A stretch of DNA of 64,000 nucleotides from an uncultured Chromatiaceae bacterium (GTDB lineage Bacteria; Pseudomonadota; Gammaproteobacteria; Chromatiales; Chromatiaceae), in contig CALALB010000039.1 of the NCBI GenBank assembly GCA_937923175.1, positions 4,963-68,962 of the forward strand. Reading direction: 5' to 3'. This document shows, in pieces, positions 39,326 through 45,726 of the stretch. The position numbers and the translations under genes were made by a program. Below the pieces are notes generated by a model. It was not told where the DNA came from. It did not search any database and saw nothing but the letters and a program-made list of their open reading frames with translations. Position 1 is the stretch's first letter; every line of letters starts with the position of its first letter.

Positions 39326-40488
39326 AGGGCGGCGATCTGGGCGGCGACCGAGACGATCGCAAACTGCCGGGTTAGGGCCTGACCGCCGGCCTGACCGAGT
39401 TGTCTGGCCAAGAGTGGGTCTTGGGCGAGCAAACGGATGGCCTGGGCGAGTGCATGTGGATCATTGGGGGGGACGGTCAGCCCGTGTCCGGCCTGACGGA
39501 TGACCCAGCCGACCCCAGAACCCAGGATATCGCTTGCGATCACCGGTTTGCCGAAACGCATGGCCTCGAGCTGAACCAGGCCGAATGCCTCGGTGCGCTC
39601 GAGCGAGGGCAGACCCAGGAGATCACAGCTTGCCAGGAGCGCCCAGACGATGGGGTCAGGTTGATAGCCCAGGAGCCGGACCTGCTTGCCCAGGCCCAGG
39701 GCCTGAATCAACCGCTCAAGCCGAGTGAATAACGCACCCCCGCCGACGATCAATATCCCTGCCTCGGGCAGCTCGGCAGCGGCGCGGATCAGGACCTCAT
39801 GACCCTTGTAATAGGTCAGCCGACCGATCGCGAGTACCCGCCAGCCTCGCTGCCCACCTGCATTGTGGGGGCATACACTCTCCCACAGACCCTCGGCCAG
39901 GGTGCGACTGTCAGCATCTGGCTCGGGGATGCGTTGGGGATCGAGTCCCAAGGGGATGACCCTACAGCGCCCCCGCCAAGGGACAAGAGACCTGCTTGCG
40001 GCCAAATAATCGGGTGAGGTGACGATGATCCGGCTTGCCTGCCTCAGGAGCGCCTGCTCGAATGGTCGATAGATCCCATAGGCCCAGCGCAGCCGCCGAT
40101 CGAGCTGGGAAGGGACCACATCGGCGTGCCAATGGATGACCCAGGGTAGACGCCGGGCTGAGGCAAGCCCCAGGGCCCAAAAGGCCGAGGTGTTGGGCAG
40201 ATGCAGATGCAACAGGTTCGGTTGGAACGTCTCGATAACCTGCTGGAGCCACAGCGGAAAGGCGGGACTAATTGGGGCATAAAGCCATTGCCCAAAGGTG
40301 GGTGCGCGATAAACCAGCGGCCCGCTTTCTCCCCCTGGCCGCACGCCGCACCCGCCTAGGCGCTCATCATGGACCAGGGCTGCAACCCCAAGCCCCCGGG
40401 CAGACAATGCCGGCAGCAGATCCCCAAGAAAGTATTCAATCCCCCCGGGATGAGGCGGATAGTATTTGCCCAGGTGCAGGACGCGCAT
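39286..40488 (-). CDS. glycosyltransferase family 4
   Basis: MRVLHLGKYYPPHPGGIE N-terminus from ATG 40488. C-terminal EAFGLVQLEAMRFGKPVIASD. The start shares one base with the DUF2304 stop (TGATG at 40486-40490). Confidence 0.8.
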   Translation of the reverse strand: MRVLHLGKYYPPHPGGIEYFLGDLLPALSARGLGVAALVHDERLGGCGVRPGGESGPLVYRAPTFGQWLYAPISPAFPLWLQQVIETFQPNLLHLHLPNTSAFWALGLASARRLPWVIHWHADVVPSQLDRRLRWAYGIYRPFEQALLRQASRIIVTSPDYLAASRSLVPWRGRCRVIPLGLDPQRIPEPDADSRTLAEGLWESVCPHNAGGQRGWRVLAIGRLTYYKGHEVLIRAAAELPEAGILIVGGGALFTRLERLIQALGLGKQVRLLGYQPDPIVWALLASCDLLGLPSLERTEAFGLVQLEAMRFGKPVIASDILGSGVGWVIRQAGHGLTVPPNDPHALAQAIRLLAQDPLLARQLGQAGGQALTRQFAIVSVAAQIAALYRELLAAGDPTP

Positions 40489-41000
40489 CAGGATCGGTTC
40501 GCCCCTTGATCTGGACGGGATTCGGCTGCGGTTATGGCCTGATCGGCAGTTGTTGCCTGCCCGCATCCGGCTGCATTCGGGCCGGTGCTCGGCTCAGCAG
40601 CGGGTGTCTGGCCTTCTGATACTTGCTGATGGCTGGTTAAACCGGTATCCGAACCAAGGGCAATACCCTGTTGAAATAAGCGGCCTTCGAGCAAGGCCAG
40701 CCGTTGGACAAGGCGGCGGATCCGGCGTTCTTGACGCGAACGCTCGAGATCCATGGTCAGGATCTTGAGCAAAAGCAGGGCAAAGCCCAACAGCACCGCC
40801 AGGATCGGCGGGTAATTGATCCCCAGATAGTGCGCCAGATAGTCGAAGATCCCGGGGAACAAGCCGAGTAGCACGACCACGATCGCCGTCCCTATCCACC
40901 AGATGGCGTAAGGGCCGTGCAGATGATCGCGCCGCACCAGCCACAGGATGGTTGCTGCAACCAGGACGCCGATCAGCATCGAGGTCATCTGGTAGGTCAT
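40488..41000 (-). CDS. DUF2304-family small membrane protein with low-complexity C-terminal tail
   Basis: LIGVLVAATILWLVRRDHLHGPYAIWWIG...ILAVLLGFALLLLKILTMDLERS matches the DUF2304 pattern that usually accompanies a GT2 gene. Confidence 0.7.
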   Translation of the reverse strand: MTYQMTSMLIGVLVAATILWLVRRDHLHGPYAIWWIGTAIVVVLLGLFPGIFDYLAHYLGINYPPILAVLLGFALLLLKILTMDLERSRQERRIRRLVQRLALLEGRLFQQGIALGSDTGLTSHQQVSEGQTPAAEPSTGPNAAGCGQATTADQAITAAESRPDQGANRS

Positions 41001-41201
41001 GGTTGCAACTCCAAAGGGGCCGATCCTGCCCAGGTGTCAGTCTGGATGCAGCCGAGACAGTGGAATGCTTGGGTAAAGCACCTGCCTCTAGGCGAAGGGG
41101 GGTATTTTGCTGGCAATGCAGGCATGATTCGTTCCAGCGGAAGTGAGCGCGGTCATGAGCCAGGCGGAAGCTTGAATGTTCTCGAGCGAATGGGACCCTG
41201 C

Positions 41202-42020
41202 CTACTTGCGACTATATCCGAACCTGGCTAGGCACAGCACAGTGGTCTGCAGCATATAGCTGCCGACAGTCCACCAGGATCTGAATACCCGCGAGATTCC
41301 CTGAGTGCGCGGTTGCATCCTGACGGGGACCTCGATGACCCGCAGGCCATGACGGTTCAGCAATAAGAGCACCCCAACGTCTTGATAATCGAGCAGGGTG
41401 GCGGTGCATCCGGCCAGCAGGTCGATGGCCTGTCTATCATAGGCGCGAAAGCCTGAGGTGATGTCCTCAACAGCAAGTCCGGTCAACCAGCGGAAATAAC
41501 GCCAGGCCAGACGACGGGCGCAGCTTGCCCGGGCTGGAAAGGCCCCGATCACCACATCGGCCTGTCCTAGCCGAATGGGTTCTAACAGATCGCCGATCGA
41601 GTCAGGCTCATGTTGGCCATCGGCATCCAGGGTGATCGCCATCTGATACCCAAATTGCTTGGCATAACGCAGTCCTGTCTGAATCGCCCCCCAGGCGCCG
41701 AGTTGGAGGATCAGGGACAACACAATGGCACCAGCAGCTTGCGCCTGCTCGACTGTAGCATCAGAGCTACAATCATCGATGACCACTACCGGATAACCCC
41801 ACAGCCGTCGCGCTGCGCGCACAATGGCACCCACCGTCGCCGCCTCGTTATGGGCCGGGATCAGGATCACCGCCTCGCGCCCCTGGTGTGGAGTCGACGG
41901 CTGGTGACGCATCAGGGTGGAAAGATGCGTATCTCGATTGCATGGGGGTAAGTCAGGCGGTTGATCTACCCTTTTGCCGCAATCGGCTTGATCGGATGAT
42001 GGCTTGGGATACACTTTCAT
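41202..42020 (-). CDS. glycosyltransferase family 2 (polyprenyl-phosphate sugar synthase-like)
   Basis: VILIPAHNEAATVGAIV ... VVVIDDCSSDAT ... ITLDADGQHEP (DxD-type) motifs. The start may be the internal ATG at 41912 instead. Confidence 0.8.
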   Translation of the reverse strand: MKVYPKPSSDQADCGKRVDQPPDLPPCNRDTHLSTLMRHQPSTPHQGREAVILIPAHNEAATVGAIVRAARRLWGYPVVVIDDCSSDATVEQAQAAGAIVLSLILQLGAWGAIQTGLRYAKQFGYQMAITLDADGQHEPDSIGDLLEPIRLGQADVVIGAFPARASCARRLAWRYFRWLTGLAVEDITSGFRAYDRQAIDLLAGCTATLLDYQDVGVLLLLNRHGLRVIEVPVRMQPRTQGISRVFRSWWTVGSYMLQTTVLCLARFGYSRK

Positions 42021-42205
42021 CTTGGGGTCGGGGAGACAGAACGATCCTTCGGTCCGGTACCAGGCTAGTCAATTGCAGCAAGGGACGCCCCTAGACCCGC
42101 GGCTACCTTAGGCACAATGTAACATGTTGGGTTATGGCAATAGGTGACGGACAGCTGGGTAAGGTTTCACGACATCATAGCGCAGGTTTAGCGGCGGAGG
42201 TTTTC

Positions 42206-43813
42206 ATGAACAGGCGATTGAAAGGGGCGGTTGGGTTTGTGTGCCTATTGCCATTGGCAGCAACAGCTGCCTCGCTCGGCACCAATCCAGGCGCTGACTA
42301 TTGTAAAAGCGATCGGGAGTCTAGCTATGCCCAGGGCTATGCCGCGGGCGAGGTCAATGGCTGGAACCTAGGCCACCAGGTGGGACATGACTTTGGAATC
42401 CGGCAATGTGTGGCTGAGCCTTTGCAATTTGGGGTCACCCTTGCCTCGGTAATTCCGCCGGCGACCTTTGGCGAGACCGAACCCAATGACAATATGTTTT
42501 CCGCTGACCCACTCGTTCAGGGTCAGGCCTTCTGGGGGCAACTCTATAGTCTGGCCGATCAGGATTGGTATTACACCCAAACCACCGCGGCTAACCAGAA
42601 TATCCTAGTGACCTTTTCGGTCCCGGCCTGGTTGAGCAATGTCGATCTCATACAAGGCAAGCCAGCAGTCTGGAATATCTCGGTGCGCGATGCGGCAGGC
42701 AATATCTTCGCGAACTATAACACCAATATCATCGGTGCCATTGATTCCTATGACCGGGATAAAGAAAGCTTTTATGCGATGACCTATGGCGTCACCGCGG
42801 GATTGGCTGGGACCTATTATGTCGTCGTCAGGCCGGTCAATGACAGCGTAGTATGTGGGGATGCGTGTAAATATGTGGCAGCCTATCCCTATGCGGTTAC
42901 GGTCGTCGTCCAGGATTCACCCCTTCCTGGCCGCCAACCCATCGTTGGCTTTTATGATACCGAGGTCGAACCAAACGATATCCCTAGCCGCGCCAATCCC
43001 TTGGCCACGGGGGTTACCATGTATGGCCTGATCAGCCTGACCTTTAATACCCCCATCCCGCAAGGTGATGATGCCGTCTGGGGCCAGGGCGAAAACGACT
43101 GGTTTGTCTATAAGAGCAATGGCAATGAGATAGCCACCTTAAGCTTTTGCGAGCGTGAGTCCTGTGGCCCGGGCAACTGGTCGGTCGAGCTCTATGATCA
43201 GGCCATGGCCAATCGGTGGGAATCAGGCGAATCCCGGCAGACCCTGCGTCCACTCTTTTCGATCAATACCGATACCGTCAATGACCCAAGCGCGGTTTAT
43301 CGCATCGGCCTGCGCGATCCCGGTTATTATTTCCTGCGGGTCAATCACAAGCGGCTGTTGACAGCCAGCTGTTCGAGTTATCGCTTTGTCTCCAAGACCG
43401 ACCCGAGTGGCTTTGCCGAGCCCTGTCAATGCGACACCGGCACCAGCTGTTATGTGCCGATCGATATGAAGCCTGATGAATGTAAAGCAGAGGGTCTAGA
43501 CTGCAAGGCCCAGATCCTCGCCTGTATCGAAAAGGTTGATCCAGGCTGCTTTACCGCAGATGGTGCGAATGGTGGCCCCAGATATCCGAGCAACTGTGGT
43601 CAAAGCAGCGGTGGGGGTGAAATAACCCCCTGTGCAACCTATCAGATGTCTGCCCGCTGCGGCTGCAGCAAATACCTCGGGGAGGTTGAGATCCCGGATA
43701 ATGCCTATACCAGCCCCTATAATTTCACCTGGAGCGGGACCCAATTGCCGCCGCATACCATCGATAGCGATGCCTATGATGACTATGGAAAGCGCCCGAA
43801 TCCCTATCAATAG
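42206..43813 (+). CDS. secreted protein with two PPC (bacterial pre-peptidase C-terminal)-like domains and a Cys-rich C-terminal module
   Basis: ATG 42206 with ggagg upstream. Signal MNRRLKGAVGFVCLLPLAATAAS. ETEPNDNMFSADPL...LADQDWYY and VEPNDIPSRANPL...GENDWFVY are PPC-type motifs. I counted about 14 Cys in the last ~150 residues. Confidence 0.7.
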   Translation: MNRRLKGAVGFVCLLPLAATAASLGTNPGADYCKSDRESSYAQGYAAGEVNGWNLGHQVGHDFGIRQCVAEPLQFGVTLASVIPPATFGETEPNDNMFSADPLVQGQAFWGQLYSLADQDWYYTQTTAANQNILVTFSVPAWLSNVDLIQGKPAVWNISVRDAAGNIFANYNTNIIGAIDSYDRDKESFYAMTYGVTAGLAGTYYVVVRPVNDSVVCGDACKYVAAYPYAVTVVVQDSPLPGRQPIVGFYDTEVEPNDIPSRANPLATGVTMYGLISLTFNTPIPQGDDAVWGQGENDWFVYKSNGNEIATLSFCERESCGPGNWSVELYDQAMANRWESGESRQTLRPLFSINTDTVNDPSAVYRIGLRDPGYYFLRVNHKRLLTASCSSYRFVSKTDPSGFAEPCQCDTGTSCYVPIDMKPDECKAEGLDCKAQILACIEKVDPGCFTADGANGGPRYPSNCGQSSGGGEITPCATYQMSARCGCSKYLGEVEIPDNAYTSPYNFTWSGTQLPPHTIDSDAYDDYGKRPNPYQ

Positions 43814-43898
43814 GGCGCATCGTCCTTGTTTGATTTGAGTGGTAGGGCAAGGAGTCAACTCTAGCCAAGGGGGGCAAGAGGCCGGGATTGCTGAGCAG

Positions 43899-43935
43899 GG
43901 GCTCTAGGGGTCTTAGGACAGATCACCTAGAGCCC
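43899..43935. repeat. perfect 10-bp-stem hairpin in the convergent intergenic region
   Basis: GGGCTCTAGG - 17 nt - CCTAGAGCCC. Confidence 0.35.
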
Positions 43936-44275
43936 TGTGGATTTGAGAGATCTACGAGTTACCCTTTTCCTGAGTGAAGGAACTCAAGGGTGTATCCTTG
44001 GGGGATCCCCTGTTCACCTGGCCCTTTCCCGGTCAGGGATGAGAAGGAGGTCAGCCATGCACGCGCCAAACCCCAGCGCGCCCCCGGGCCCTGAGCCATT
44101 CATCTGTTTCGGTCTTTGGGTTGTAAGCCCAGAACCCTGATCGGGATGGGTCTCTGGTCATCATCCGGCCGAGGCGGCAGTTTGGGGGCTTGCCTGTTTA
44201 TCACCCCTTCCTCCACCCTCCTGCGGGAGAGGGGGAAGGAGCGGCAGGAAGGTGAATCGTGAGCGGTCTTCTCGC

Positions 44276-44677
44276 CTAGGATGGCCGGCGCATCTGTTCG
44301 GGGATGGCGTCCCAGCCTGCCTTGATCTCGCGCAGCAGGGCCGCCACCTCTTCAAGCGGCTGGGGATCATTGTGGGCATTGCCGGCCAAAAGACGGCGTA
44401 GCATATACTCATAGAGCGCATCCAGATTGGCCGCAAGCTCGCCGCCTTCGGCCAGATTGAGCGAGGCGCGCAACTCGCTGATGATATCCATCGCCTGGAT
44501 GATCTTTTTGGCCTTGAGCGCCAGCTGACCCTGGGCAATAGCGCCCCGTGCCACGGCGATGCGTTCCAGCGCACCTTCAAACAGCATCTGGGTTAGACGA
44601 TGCGGATCGGCAACCGCGATCTCAGCGATGGGTCCGGCCTGACGGTATTGGTTGAGTTCTTTACGCATCGCGTACAT
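44276..44677 (-). CDS. fliS: flagellar export chaperone FliS
   Basis: 133 aa. YRQ...PHRLTQMLFEGALERIAVARGAI...KAKKIIQAMDIISELRASLN...LAANLDALYEYM is the classic FliS four-helix pattern. Confidence 0.9.
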   Translation of the reverse strand: MYAMRKELNQYRQAGPIAEIAVADPHRLTQMLFEGALERIAVARGAIAQGQLALKAKKIIQAMDIISELRASLNLAEGGELAANLDALYEYMLRRLLAGNAHNDPQPLEEVAALLREIKAGWDAIPEQMRRPS

Positions 44678-44912
44678 GATCGACCTCGGTTTACATCATC
44701 GTTATCCGTTCAATTGAATTGGGTTGCGCCTAGACCGAATTTGGTTGTCCGTCTTGCTGCGCATTCACTGACTATAACGACCGCTGCGCCGATTTTTGTA
44801 GGGTCCTCCAGAGGATTTTGTAAAACCCATCATGCCGCTAAGCCTGTTTGGGCATCGCCCAGGGGCGGCGGTGAGAGGATGGGTAAATAACCCACCCCTT
44901 TCCTCGCAGGCC

Positions 44913-45281
44913 TTAGCGCAGGACGAGATTATGCCCATCCCCGACCTCAGGCGTATTGACGGCCGCCCTGGGCGCGATGGCCGTCGCACCCATGCGGGCA
45001 GGGTTCCGACTGGCATTCAAGTTGCTGGGCGTCCCAAGACCCAGTGAGCACTTGAGGCCGTGCCTCGAGCGCCTGCCCAACCCTCCCCAACCCGAGCAGG
45101 TCTGAGGGGTGTAGGCCGGATCGCCAGACTCGACGGCGATACCTTCTGCTCTTGCCTTGGATGCGACGAAGGACTGAAGCTAGCGCAAGCCCTAGGGCAG
45201 CTGGGCATGCATGCGCCTGTCCGCCTGGATCCGGGTGCGGTCTTCCATCAGGATCCTGGCGATCCCTGCGGCCTTGGCGGC
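44913..45281 (-). pseudogene. decayed C-terminal part of a TnpB (IS605/IS607 OrfB, RuvC + Zn-ribbon) gene
   Basis: My hand translation of one minus-strand frame reads AAKAAGIARILMEDRTRIQADRRMHAQLP*GLR*LQSFVASKARAEGIAVESGDPAYTPQTCSGWGGLGRRSRHGLKCSLGLGTPSNLNASRNPARMGA...*. It compares with the TnpB motifs IvlEdL, L.YKa...G..v..VdPayTSQtCS.CG and F.C..CGh..nADlNAArNI. Two in-frame stops (45192-45194, 45180-45182) and lost Zn-ribbon cysteines. Confidence 0.6.
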
Positions 45282-45548
45282 CTCGACGCGGTTTCAGACG
45301 CGATGTTCGCGCCCGCTGGGCGCCCCCGCCAGCTGCCCGCGTCAGTGAGGCCGCCTGCAATGCGGCAGGCCTTGCCGATTGCTCGGCCATTCCATTGAGC
45401 CCAATCGATGCGGTGTAGCATGGCTTAGCGCCTCGGGCAGGGGCCCTAGCGACCATGCGGTCATATATCACCCTAGGGGTACTTGCCTGCCCCCAGTTCC
45501 TCGCGCGACTTCAGGTGCGGGTTTCTTGCGGGGAAATTATGAAACTGG

Positions 45549-45568
45549 ATTCCGGCTTCCGCCGGAAT
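45549..45568. repeat. REP-like palindrome (ATTCCGGC-TTCC-GCCGGAAT followed by GAC)
   Basis: Perfect 8-bp stem. A half copy GTCGGAATGAC is at 45585-45595, and a near-identical unit is at 55320-55339. Confidence 0.8.
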
Positions 45569-45684
45569 GACGAGGGCGGCCTGCGTCGGAATGACAAGGC
45601 AAGGGACGCCGCAATGATACCCCCGTCACCCCGGTGCAAACCGGGGCACCCCAGCGAAACCCAGGGTCCAGAGTCTGGATAACA

Positions 45685-45706
45685 GGATAAAAGGCGGATA
45701 CGCCTT
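45685..45706 (-). terminator. possible rho-independent terminator after fliD
   Basis: The minus strand reads AAGGCG-TATC-CGCCTT followed by TTAT, 20 nt after the fliD stop. Short stem and weak T-run. Confidence 0.4.
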
Positions 45707-45726
45707 ACGTATCTGCTGCCGTTGGT

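Noticed and set aside
43937-44140. 67-aa ORF in the gap between the PPC gene and fliS. I also examined the CCTTCC...GGAAGG region at 44205-44245 as a fliS terminator.
   Set aside because: The ORF has no RBS or recognisable features. The inverted repeat is imperfect and lacks a T-run, so no terminator is claimed.
44947-45471. 174-aa minus-strand ORF in the fliD-fliS gap.
   Set aside because: Its composition is Arg/Gly/Pro-rich. It reads the TnpB relic in a different frame from the one carrying the TnpB motifs, so it is not a real gene.
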